Positions 40,028 to 52,649 of a DNA stretch of 64,000 bases are shown here, in pieces (position 1 is the stretch's first letter; each line of letters begins with the position of its first letter). The position numbers and the translations under genes were made by a program. The DNA lies in NCBI GenBank assembly GCA_043228905.1, contig JBHGNT010000011.1, positions 18,352,001 through 18,416,000 of the forward strand, written 5' to 3'. Source of the stretch: Azolla caroliniana (lineage: Eukaryota > Plantae > Polypodiophyta). The notes under the pieces are model-generated. The model was not told where the DNA came from. It was given only the letters and a program-made list of their open reading frames with translations, and searched no databases.

Positions 40028-42232
40028 GAAACCCTCACTTTGGGAGTTGGAAATCTGATTATTCCTTACACGTTGGGAGTAAAGGTGTTGAGAAACAATT
40101 ACAACATTTGTGCAAAAAGTATATTGACTTGATTCGATGAAATCGAACTACTACTAAGAACTTTGTCTATACATCCTAAATTTTCCAACCAAACGACTTC
40201 TAGTTTTTTTGAACTTACTCATTTAACATGTCTTTTATCTATTCTTGGGGTTGGGTTGTTCGAACTACTTGGATTACAAAAAGAATTTGAAACAAGATCT
40301 TGGTTCTCTTGAAATATTGATCTATCTCAACAATTCATTGTTATGCGTGCAATACCATCATAATACAAGCATAACTAGTTCTTTTTATATCATTGTTTTC
40401 TTGATGGTGTATTGCCTCGATCTTCATTGAAGTGGTAATTTCTATCAAAATGGGATTTGATGCAATGATAGCCTCAAAGTTGTTGTGACCTCCAAAGCAT
40501 ACATTTGCTCTCATATAGGATGTAGAATTTGTTGGCAATCTAGAATGTCTCTCAAATTTGTAGGTATAACACTACAAAATGGTCTAAGAGCTCTATAAGA
40601 GAGTTGGGATATTCACGAAAAAAGTAAAAAGCAAACTTAATCCTTACCCTTCATTCCTCATAAACTATCGCAAAAGCTACTAGCCTTAATGTTAGATCGT
40701 TGCAATTCATTATATCATCTTGTTACCCTTGCAACAATGTGGATGACTAGTGAAGAGATCTACATATATCAATGAGAGTAGTTTTTCCATTAATCAAGGA
40801 ATGGATTTGTAGTTTGATGCAACCTGTGTAATATAATGTGTCAAATTTGAACGTTAACATCTATCCGAACCCATGATATCTTGTGTAACAAAAAACTCTC
40901 ATTCACCAAGGAATACATGAGCCTCATGAACAAAGGATAACGTCTCTATTCATATCTTGCATGCATCCAATTTGCTTTTATGCATCATCTGATTTTTGGT
41001 GCTTGGTTACCAAGCAATTCATGGGAATTGATGTGAGGATTTGCTGCCCATGATCTTCATGGCACATGATGTAGTCTCAAAAACGAGCATGTACTCTCTA
41101 TTCATATAAAGTCATCATTCATTTATTTCCATTAATCAATGCATAAACTAGAGACAAATTTTCATTGAAACTAAATACAATCCATCGCAAAACAAGAAGG
41201 CCAAGTTAGGTCACCTAGCTAAAGAGATAGGTTCCAAGCGTGGGGTTATGTCAATAAAAAATGTGACCCAATACATGGTTTAACAGAGCAAATCTCTTCA
41301 TCAAAAGTGAGTTGGAAACCTTCAAACGATTTTGCAAAATTTCGATGATTTTCCTAATCATCCATGAAAAAGTCAGTTGTGTTGTTGCATGTTAGCAAGA
41401 GAAGATGGTACATCCCTCAAAACAAAGTTCGATGATCCTCCTAATCATCCACGAAAAAGAATAAAGATGGCATAAGTTGGTAAGACAAGTTAGAGAGGTC
41501 CGGAAGTCGAATGGTACAGAGTTGCCTCCTGCCTATCCTAGAAGAACCATTTGCTGGCATTAGCCAACATAAATCAGGGAGGCAGAATTCCACGGCTTTC
41601 AGATCAATTGGTGAGAGTGTTCAGTAATAATGTTGAATGTGCTGGATGCATTTTACAGAGCATAGCTATATATTGGCCGACCCTGCCAGTCATTTAAGAC
41701 TAGTGATTAAATATCTGCATAATGCTTATTGAAAATCTTAGAGCATTCAAGGATATTTCCAGAATTCTGGTGCAAAAGATATACACTCCTCTCCAAGGAG
41801 TTCCCTCATCCTCAGATAATTCCATGGATAGTAAATATGTATTCAAATCATAGACCACCACCTCATCACCGTGTCCATGGAAGTAAATATGATTATGAAT
41901 CATCATTGCCCACCCACCACCTAAGCTTAATGTTTCTCTAGCATTATACTATATTTCAAGCGGAATATGGATCATACCAAGGGAAATCAAAACAGATGAG
42001 ACCTTGGGAAATGCAGGACACATGAAGAACACAAAGAAGCAATCCAATGAAAGCACGAAGCACTCACCCTTAGATAAATTTGAGTGGAATTCCACTTTGT
42101 CTGGAATCAGTATTGCCAAAACAATACAGCCTGCTCGTTAAAACACCATAGCTAAGCAAAAAACCACAACTAATAGTATATGTACACATTTATATATAGT
42201 ATATATAAATAGGAAGTAAAGCTCAATTGATC

Positions 42233-44536
42233 CTATGCACAACAAATGCAATGACTCCATACAGATCTTGTCTTAGGCTTCGCACCGTTTGCATCAGAAT
42301 CCCATCCATTTGTTAATTTCTTGCGATCACGGGAACCTCCACCAATGACTTTATATTTGTCCTCTTGGCCTTGGGCTTCAGCTAGAAGCCTTCTTAAAGG
42401 TGTATGTGGTTTGTTTACATGAGATATATCAACCTCTTCATGTTTGGTGTGGATCAGTATTTCTTCCGCTTCAGTGCTTACACTCTGCACCTCCCATGTT
42501 CTTGAAGATGGTGCTCTCCATTCTTGTTCTGTTGTCGGTGTCACATGGAGATCATTGTCTTTTACCTTGTAATTTAATCCGCCACAAGGTGGATTACAGT
42601 CTTCTCGTTCCATTCTAGCATCTTGCAATCTATTCTTTACAGAGCTGAAATTGGATTCTGCAATAACATGACAATTTCAGGAATAAGGTCAAAGGGAAAG
42701 CAATTACTTGAGATTAAATTTGTACAGCTTCAGGTCAGCTTACCACCTGAACACTGATTCCACATATCAGCATCATAATAAAAGCTTATACCACTTATAG
42801 AGCATGTTCCCAGACTCTCTCGAGCATCCTCATACATGTCAATATCAAAAGATTCAGAGGAAAGAACTGAAGCCATGGGTGCTGCTTTCACATGTCTAAC
42901 ATCTATCGCATTTTCCTCTTGGAATCTGGTTTCATATTGTACTATAACCTCTGCAACAATGTTTTTAGTGACAAAAGATGCAAGAGTTTCTTCAGCATTA
43001 TGTTCTTGAAAACAAGCCACACCTAGTGAGTCGTTTCCTCGTGAAAACCTTCCACAATTCTCCGCATCTTCTCTGAATATATTCTCTGTAACGCTTTCTT
43101 GTACCAATATTCTATCATCATGTACGACTTCTTGACTATCTTTCAACAATATTTTACCACTCTGAACATATTCAAGTAACGTATTCTCCTCACTTTCATG
43201 TAACAATACTCTACAATTATGCAAATCTTCAGTGAGTACATTCTCTGTACTCTGGGTATCTACTGGAATTGTTGCTCCAACTTGAGGTTTCAAAGTAGCT
43301 CTTTTCACATCAACCTCATTGACAGCTGTTTCAACTGTCTCATTAAATTCTTGAAGAGACGCTATCTCACTTATTTCGTTTGCCACATCTAGTGTGTCAT
43401 TTTCTTGCAACATTATATAGTTCTCCATATCTTTTCTAAATATATCATCTGTACTTGCCGGTGACAATACTCTACCGCTCTCAATGTCTTCTTTGAATAC
43501 ATTTCCATTAAACTCTTGCGACAACATTTTATCAATCTGAGAATCTTCTCTTTGAATACTTTTCAATGACAATATTCTGCCATACTGCATATCTTCAACT
43601 AACATATTCTCTGTACTTTGGATATCATATTCCAATAATATACTTGGAGCATCAAACTCATGAACGCTTTTCTCTAGTGCTTGATTATCCTGGATAGCTG
43701 CATCAAAGCACCAATTATGTACAGTTTCAAAAACTCGTTCAGGCATATTTGTTTCTTGAAAGTCTCCACAGATTTGTATCTGTTGAACAGAATTCTCATT
43801 TGCCATCTCAAGGATAGCCATGCCATGTAGATTATTGCAACTTGGCCATTCAATTCGTCTTTTGTCAGCAGCAAATGAAACAATATCTGATTTCTTACTA
43901 AACATTAATACTGTGTCTTCCATCTTCTCGTCAGTTTCAAATTCTTGTTTGCCTTCTTGATCAAATACACGAGGGGGATACTGTACAACACCAGATACTA
44001 GTTCATGAGAAACTTCTGACGATGCAAAATCTTTAACAAGTTCTCTATATTCTGAATCATCATCTACAGCTTGTTTACAGGAAACTTCTGAATCGTTCCT
44101 TTTCCATTTCTCTTCAACTGCGTTTACGCCACAACTATCATCTGAAGTGGATTTCATAACAGATAGCAGAAAAAACTCTTCTGTTTCTACTGCTGCAATA
44201 GCTGATGGTTCGACAATTCTACCATCGTCCAAGTTCAGTTCTTTCGGATTTTCATATTTGGATGAAATAGATCCAGGATACATGTATTTCGCTTCCAATA
44301 CAGTAATACAAATGATCTATAAATGATACTTTTTATGGCTTGATTAGTTCTAATCCTCAATACATTGATAACAAATATTAGCTACCTTCGTTGGCCTGCA
44401 ACCCTTCACAAAAAACTTGCACAGCAGAAATACCTGCAACAGAAATGATATATATGAGTTAACGCATTAATATAATAGGGGCGACATATTGCAACATTAT
44501 TGTAACCTGAATTATTTCCAGCTTCAGTAATCTCAT
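42233..44536 (-). CDS. Uncharacterised acidic repetitive protein (~691 aa); exons 44507-44536, 44386-44433, 42744-44316, 42233-42657; start codon tentative
   Basis: A 1.57 kb open exon splices GT-AG in phase 1 to a last exon ending VWSHCICCA*. Two small upstream exons join in phase 0 (MRLLKLEIIQ|VFLLCKFFVKGCRPTK|IICITVLEAK). Total 2076 nt, divisible by 3. No recognisable domain. Confidence 0.72.
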
Positions 44537-45266
44537 TGAATACAATTGTTGATGAAGACAGTACTGCACGGGCTTCGTTCATGTAGTTGGAAGCTTATAT
44601 CTGCATATACAAGAGAATTCTCTTCAGATTGTCGAAAATGTTTTCATTACATGCCGTCCCTGTAGCGTCAAGATGGCAGGCATTGATTATGTAATGTTTA
44701 AAATAAAGAAAACAACTATATTTGGTGACTTTTCGTTAATGCAATGAATAGAAACATGAAGTGCAATAGAATTCCTCTAGATTAATATGGCTATGTCTCT
44801 GCGTTTTGCTTGTGTCACTCGAGGGTGACTGTAGGATGGCGAGCAGCACTAACGAGAATTCTCTTCAGATTGTCGAAAATGTTTTCATTATGTATAATGT
44901 ACAGAACATCACAAAATGTTACATAAAATACTCCTTTTTGAAATTAACATAGCGAAGAAAAACTATTCAACAAGGCAGAATGGATATGGCATGAAGCAAG
45001 AAATCCGATGAAAGAAGAAAGAAGAAAGGGATAGAATTTTACTGAAAGAAAGAATATAGACAATACGAGACATGTAATGTTAGCTTGCTATGCATGTAGC
45101 GCAGATTATATGCTGTAGACAGAATATTAAGGATTTAGAACTGCTTATGAAGGACAGACTCAGGATGCCAAAACCAGATTAGGAACATCAATACAATAGG
45201 AAAAACATGTTGTATTATATCTAGGAGAATTTATGTAAAATAGCACTAGAACTTTTCCAGGTGACA

Positions 45267-45638
45267 GTTTCTGCGTTAATCCAGGATAACGAGAATGGGA
45301 AATCAATATCAAATTGATGAAGAAATAAGAAGAGAAAAGGAACATAAATTAGTATGAAGTTTCAACGTTAATCCTAGATTACGAGAATGGGAAAACAATA
45401 TCAAAATTGATGTAGAAATAAGAAGAGAAAAGGAACATAAATTAGTAACATGAAGTTTCTGCGTTAATCCTGAGTTACGAGAATGAGAAAACAATATCAA
45501 ATTGATGTAGAAATAAGAAGAGAAAAGAAGCATAAATTAGTATGAAGTTTCTGCGTTAATCCTGGATTACGAGAATGGGAAAACAATATCAAATTGATGT
45601 AGAAACAAGAAGAGAAAAGGAACATAAATTAGTATGAA
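45267..45638. repeat. Minisatellite, 4 copies of ~92-96 bp
   Basis: Unit gtttctgcgttaatcc..gattacgagaatgggaaaacaatatcaaattgatgtagaaataagaagagaaaaggaacataaattagtatgaa. Confidence 0.95.
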
Positions 45639-46460
45639 GATGAATTGGAAGACATAATTACTTACTTTGAGATTAAATTGTTTTAATTGGAAGAAATGTC
45701 CGCGCTGCGAGGTAAGTCAATGTTTTTGAATTAACAGGATGCATTAAAGCAATAACAGCAGGACAAAAAGAAGAAAGACAGAAAGAATTTGAAGACATAA
45801 TTACTTACCCTCAGCTAAACTTGTAACTGCGATAGGGAGAAAATGTCTACATTCCAAGATAAGTTAACAGCTTGGCATTAAGAGCATCAGATACAGTAAT
45901 CACAACAGCAGAAGAAGAAGAAGAAGAAGAATGAAAGGAAGGAAGGAAGGAACAAGGACATCCTAGTGAGAAGCTATGGAGGATTCACGAGTTTTCTAAA
46001 AAAAGAAGCTATGCGGAGCTATGCCGTCGTTGTCGATATCATCATCATCATCATAATCAATTAGTTCATGCCTGAAATTTAAATTAAGAAAACATACAAT
46101 TGATAATAAATAAATAGATAAATTATGATAATAATAAAAACCTTCCCGCGTATTGAATATTGAAGGCGTTAAATGTTTTGTTATTGTTTTCCGATATATA
46201 TATATATATATATATTAATATATGTATCTATACATAATGAAAAATATAAATATTAAATAGTTTTTTCCCCCCAATAAATATACGAGTAATCAGTTCAATG
46301 AATAAGAAACGTTGAATGGAAAATATAAGAAAAAATTAAATAAAATAAATACATATACATATGTATGTGAAGGTTTTCAAAAGATTTGATGAAATATATA
46401 AATAATAAGATAAGTATCTACGAAGCATGGAAACGTGCCATCATAATGCCACACATGTGT

Positions 46461-46492
<32 letters not shown>

Positions 46493-48267
46493 ATTAATGG
46501 ATTTCATTGATTCATGGGTATGTTATGTATGCCTACATGTATCTGCCTGCCTACCTACGACTTGTCTTTGAATGAGAAAAGAGATCAGCCATATCATCAT
46601 AATGCGTGAGTACTATCGAATCGAATCGATCGATCAGATCAATCGCAAGTATCCATGGTGTCCATGGTATCATAAGAGAACTAACTCGATCGGCATTTCC
46701 TCTCTCATTGGCTCCTGTCATTTGCTGCCATCATCAACTCTCCATCGATCCCAAATTCGACCATTTCACAGGCCACACATCCAAACAGAACCTTTCGGGA
46801 CCAAGGCATTCTGCAATATGTAGCCTTCTTCGAGGCCTCGCTCACGTTATTTGAAAATCTCGCGTTTCCATGCCAAAATCGTAAGGTAGACCGTAGAAGC
46901 ACATTACCTCTGGATTGTGAAATGCTTGGAATCCTAGATGTGAAGTGAAATTCACATGCGAGATTAAAACGTAGGACATCAGATTGGACAACAAAATCAT
47001 GAATGATACAGTGTTTTGTGATTCATGCTAGCATCTAATAGCACCCAAGCCTGAATATAAACACATTTGTTTTGGGAATGTCTTGGGAATGGACTGTTAA
47101 TTAATATGTTTGTTCAGGAGCCTGTGAAAACAGGTTCACTTGTAAGGAGGTTCTAAATGGAAACTTGTGAGTGCTCTGATCAGCTTGTGGTTTCTGTAAC
47201 TGATTCTGTACTTCTGCATATGATTAGATGTAGAATTTTCTACCGATGTGGATCAATGTACACACATGCAGTATCAAAGTTTGGTGAATAGATTAAACGT
47301 ACATATACTTCTTGAATGTATATAGATTTCATTGCCATAAGTAGGACATTGAAGCATTTGAATCATTCTAGTTGTGATGGAAAGTGTAAGAAAGTTTGAT
47401 TGGCAAGAAAAAGAAGGTAAATGCCTACCCCTATGAATTCAAATGATTGAATTGGTAAACCAGCATCAACATGAAAAGTCTCAACACTGAGTGCTAGTCC
47501 AAGAATCAGCTTATATCTATGATCATTCTTCTCCATGCGATTCTCTCTCATGCCACCACCTCAAGCGTATACAGGACTCTACATTAGGAGGATCACTAAA
47601 TTCTATCTAAGTTTGCCCCATAAGAATACCATGATGATCATTGCAAATAGTGTGTCTTTTTCTTTTATATTTGGACATCGTGTACCAACTTACCCCAATG
47701 AATTGTTGTTTCTGCGTGTCTTACAACTCCCATGGCCTATCTATTAATTAAGTTTCTGTCATGCCTAACTGATGCATTCTATGGATGAACTTCAAGGCAC
47801 TACATAAAATTCTTCAGACTTGATTGTAGAAGTAATGATCCACCCACGTCAGACTTGTCAAAGTGATTCTACCCCAAAAATTAAAAATCATTCCCTTAGA
47901 AACAAAGCATTATCCTTTCCAACAAATCATTGGATTGAACCAATTGAAGACGAATCAAAATAAATGCGATGTGCATTTACATCGAAATCATGCAAGAACT
48001 GCAATATACATGAAATTTGGTCATCATCCATAGGGCAACAAAATTCTATGCGTCACAATGTCAATGTTACATAGATCTATTGTCAAAGCCTACTCGATAA
48101 GTTGCCTCATGTTGTATGATAAATATTATCAGAAAAATATTTGTAGCCGTTGAAGATAGGTTTTGACAACTAATGCATCCTCTTCTACATTTACATAATT
48201 TGATGCTTTCATTCAATCTTCATTAATCTCCAACCTGTGAGATTAGCAGAACTGCACCCATCTTTCA

Positions 48268-50877
48268 CTAATCCCTTGGTCTTCTCTTAGCATGACCCAA
48301 AGATTCAAGACTTTCCACAACTTCTTTCATTGTGGGTCTGGATTTTGATTCTTCACTCAAACACGAAAGAGACAAGCTCGCAATCTTATGAGCCTCTCTA
48401 AGTGAATATTGTCCATCTAACTTCTGGTCAACAATCCGCAACACCCGACCCTTGTCGACTAGGTATGGTGTAGCCCACTCGACGAGCTTTTGTTCCATAG
48501 GTGGTCTTTCCAGATCAATGGCTCGGCGGCCTGTCAGGAGCTCTAGTAGCACAACACCAAAGCTATAGACATCACTCCTAGGTGTAAGATGCCCTGAACA
48601 ATCAACAAATAGTATCAAGTTATGGTGGAGCTTCAGAAATGTGCAAAAACTCACAGGTAAGACATTAAAGCCTACATACAAACTACCCCAAGATTATTGG
48701 GTATTTATCAGCATACCCCTAATTAAAATTACCAGCATATTCCTCTGTAGTAGTAAAGCTTGTACTAGATAAGGATATTGAGGTCAATTTTGAGAACTTA
48801 GGGTATATCCTGGAAAATGCCCAGTAACTCGGGGATACTTTGGTCTTTTTTCCTTAATGAAAGAGTATCTTCAAGAAACATACGTCTACACATAAAAAAA
48901 ATGTAAATGTGTATTACCTGTTGCCAGGTATTCCGGGGCAGCATAGCCTTGTGTTCCCATGAGACGGGTGGACACGTGTGTATTGTCGCCTGTTGGCCCA
49001 TCTTTTGCATATCCAAAATCTGAAAGCTTTGCATTATAGTTCTACATCACAACAAAACGTAGCAGGTTTAATATCTTGCAATCCGTATATATTCAGCAAC
49101 AATATATATATTCAGTTTTGGCTGAAAACAAAATCTATGTATGCCTGTATATATAGGCAAAAACTAGGGGTCAGATGTAAGATATTCGTGAATTCTGAGC
49201 TCAATTCAAGAAGAATTTATGATGATAGAAAAAGGAACACCACCAACTCAAGGGAAACTTACATCATCTAGTAAAATGTTTGCAGTCTTAAGGTCTCTGA
49301 ATATAACTTGTGTTTGATCATCGTGTAAAAATGCAAGGCCTCTGGCAGCACCAAGAGCAACTTTCATTCGAATTTCCCATGGTATACTTCGGCTGCTTTT
49401 CCACACTGAAAAGATTCAGAAATTTTTTAGTTAAATTAAAGACTGTTTTGAATAAAATCCATGGAAACTGATTTATATTTAAGGTTTCATTCCTTCCAAA
49501 ACTTACTGCTGAAAAGATGGTTTTCTAAGCTCCCACGAGATATATATTCATATACAAGTAACCGGTGGCTGTCCTCGGCACAAAAGCCAATAAGTTTCAC
49601 TAGATTGGGGTGATAAAGTGCTCCCAAAAAGTACACCTCTGTCTGCAGTAACAATGAACATTATATATTAGAAGAAACGAAAAGCATCACAAGCTAAATA
49701 CAAATTGGTAATTGTAAGATCCCGACATAAACAAGAAATGCATAGAATACATGTTTTTCCATTAGGTCAGTTTATTCATTCAAAGAATGGTTGGTTCACT
49801 ATGGAAATATCATGCTTCTTATAAGAATACATTTGTAAGGAGTCAATTGTTTGCTATATAAACAGATGCAAGATCTTCCTCAAAAGAATCCTAACCACAG
49901 AAAACACGCATGAAAAGGGATTGAGGAGAAAGTTTTTTCGCCATTACCAGCCATTCTCGGTGTCCTTGTGTGCCTTCCAAGTTAAGTTTCTTAATTGCAA
50001 CCGTCATCCCTTGTCCAGGCTTCACAGGTGCGAATGTCTGCTCATCTATGTAGGCTTTATACACTTTCCCGAATCCTCCCTCACCTAGTTGTCTGGTTTG
50101 CGCGAAGTTTTTTGTAGCCGCACGAAGCTCCGCATATGAGAAGTTGCGTAAGTTCCCGCAATTCAAGCTACTGAACCGAGGGAGCTCTCCACTTTTTTGG
50201 GTCGAGATGCTTCCTCCGGATGAATATTGAGATATTGTGGATATGGATGTAGATGAGGAGGTGGAGGCGAATGTGGATGTAGATGTAGATGTAGATGTGG
50301 CTGCAAAACAATAGATATTCCAGACACTTGATTCATATAAAGCATAGGCTTTATGTTATGCAAAAGAAAAACCAAAGATAGAGATTGTGGACAAAACAGA
50401 ATAGTAGAAGTTCAACTATCTGATCTGTAAAAGGCATAGTTTTATCATATGCAAAAAAAAAAAAAACCATTTTGAGAAGTAACGGGATGCGGAAATGGAT
50501 ATGGCTGCAAAAAGCATAGAAATGTGAAAAAAACAGGAGAGACGTGAACTATATTGGATGCATGTAAGTCATTGATCGTATGCCTTCTGCTATCATACAA
50601 CACAGAGGCGGATGTATGTGAGTGAACAAAATAGTGGAAGATTGGGAACATTTGATTCTAGCGAAGCCTGTGTTTGATGGTCATTCCAAAAAACAAACTG
50701 AGACCATGTCGATGATCCATACAAAGCATTAATGCTTTTGTGTGTTATCCAAAGTAAAGAAATGGAAACGGAGGAAAGGGAAATTTATTTACCTGCAGCA
50801 GAGGAGTTCTGAGTGCTGGTTGTGGTAGAGCTAACCTGCTTCACGGCGGCATTGCTTCTATGAAGGCAATTGCCCAT
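48268..50877 (-). CDS. PBL/RLCK-VII receptor-like cytoplasmic Ser/Thr kinase; exons 50793-50877, 49948-50300, 49507-49642, 49263-49405, 48918-49041, 48268-48593 (388 aa)
   Basis: MGNC N-terminus, [82 protein letters not shown]. Internal exons of 136/143/124 nt are typical of RLCK-VII genes. All junctions GT-AG and in frame. Confidence 0.96.
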
Positions 50878-50964
50878 TTAGAAGAAGAAGAAGAAGAGGA
50901 GGAGGAGGAGGAGTTACTTTCTTTAATCTTAATCCTTCTTCTTCTTCTTCACTGTGTCTGTGGC

Positions 50965-51162
50965 TTTCTGTAACAATTCAAGAGATGGCTTCTTTGATTC
51001 AGTTTGCCCTGATCTGATTTTCTCTGTCACGGATAAACCCAGTGAAGATGAGATGAGACTTTCTGTCACAATTCAAGAAGAGAGATGGCTTCTTTGATGT
51101 CAGCTGCCCTGATCTGATTTTCTCTCTCACGGATAAACCCAGTGAAAAAGATGAGATGAGAC
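50965..51162. repeat. ~97 bp tandem duplication in the kinase 5' UTR/promoter
   Basis: acaattcaag..agagatggcttctttgat...gccctgatctgattttctct.tcacggataaacccagtgaa..gatgagatgagac occurs twice. Confidence 0.9.
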
Positions 51163-52649
51163 AAAGTCATCACTTACCCCCCCAGCCCCCAAAAAAAAAA
51201 AAACAACAAAGAAAGGTATAGACTGTAGAGAGAAAAGTCATCACAAAACGTTTGATAAAAGCAAAACAAAGAAAGAAAGAAAGAAAACTATAAAACGCAG
51301 CAGGGCTACTTCCTTCTCTCTCATACAACGAACGTCACAGAATACGTCGTATTCCTACATATATACAATATATATAGCAAGAGAAATAGTGTTTGTTTCT
51401 TGTGGGCTAAAAAATAACTACTATTACCATACGTGCATTCGCATTCTCCAATTCTCCCATCATTCGAGTATGGTAAACACCCTTCGAAGTATGGTAAAAA
51501 GTTACTATGGAAACCTATATTGCAGTACTAAAAACCTTTTTTTTTTTTATTCGTTATTTATTATAAGGTAAATTTATTTTTAAGGTAAGAAAGTTAAAGT
51601 ATAAAGTGTAAAAATAAAACATACGAATGTTTTTATAACATTCGCATTCGTATGGGAAAAAAGAATGTTTGCCCATGCATTCGAGTATATTACATACTAT
51701 GACTACTACTACTGCATAGGACATTATTCATTCATTGGTGGTAGTAAGTAAATGATGATACTTTCCATAGATATGGGTTTTTTGGGGGTGGTCACACTTT
51801 CGAGAGATTGCTAGAGCACCATTACAAACAACCCGCGGGCCAACCCCCCCCCCCCTCCTCCTCCTCACGTAGCCGAGTATGAAGTCGACCCATTTGCTTT
51901 TCTTTGTGATTTCTCTCCCCAAACCCCTAGAACCCCATTCACTGCCTCTTGCTCTTCCTAAGCTAAGAGTTTCTTGCCTCAATCATGGCATTGAATTTTG
52001 TAAACCAATGCATCTCGAGGCATTATTTTTAAAGTAACCCAATAAGACATTGTTTGTGGGCATCGATTTTGTAAAGTTGGGATTGGTTTTATTGAGGAGC
52101 GTTGCCATTCTAAGTTCCGCATGCATGTGGCTCTTTCGATGCCTTTTCAATGTAACACATTAATTCGTTCTTTATTCGCATGGAAAGAATGAAGAAAGAA
52201 ATGATTTATTTAATTGCGAGTCAAGCTATTTTCGTAACGCGTTAGTGTGGGTAGTTGTTGAAGAATATTGGTCTTTGTGATGCACATTGTGTGACCTTCG
52301 CGATTCCCTATAGTTGCCATCATCATGAAATCAATTGGTGTGTGCATCTGCTTATTCCATTGAATACTAATGTTGCCTAATTTTATAATATACTACACAA
52401 GTGTATTCATACGTCAAACACCCCAAGATACATAAATCATTTATCCGTTTATGTTGTCGGTTTTATAAGCCAAGCTACTTAGGTTAGACAGTTGAGAACC
52501 TTTTTGTTAGTATTAAAAATAATTTTGAAACAAAGATATGGTCACTCTCCATTTTACTACTCCTGATTTAGGAGTGGAAAACCAGCCTAGTTCGTAGAGA
52601 AGTTTCGTTTGGATGAGTTGCACAATAAAAGTAGGAAAGACTCCCCAAA

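Larger units (their letters stand above)
35650..40250 (-). mobile_element. Decayed Ty3/gypsy pol remnant with nested insertions (limits approximate)
   Basis: Minus-strand order: RT N-part GKFRM(C)ID (~40165-40190), RT C-part YTKLEKHEFDCLQVKFCSYVISSYG (~39310-39385), linker FMINDGFLFRNNRIYV (~37445-37495), integrase zinc finger CHENVMARHFRMAKTLEITMWNYW...VTKFVKLC (~36985-37105). RT before IN is the gypsy order. Confidence 0.7.

Noticed and set aside
41450-41945. Coding-like segment downstream of the orphan gene
   Set aside because: No sustained frame or recognisable motif on either strand.
45267-45638. CRISPR-like array
   Set aside because: Whole ~93 bp units repeat with no unique spacers, there are no cas genes, and the context is eukaryotic.
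46560-47780. Possible small gene, lncRNA or C/D snoRNA between the orphan gene and the kinase
   Set aside because: Scattered splice-like and ATGATGA/CTGA motifs, but no coherent ORF, terminal stem or guide sequence.
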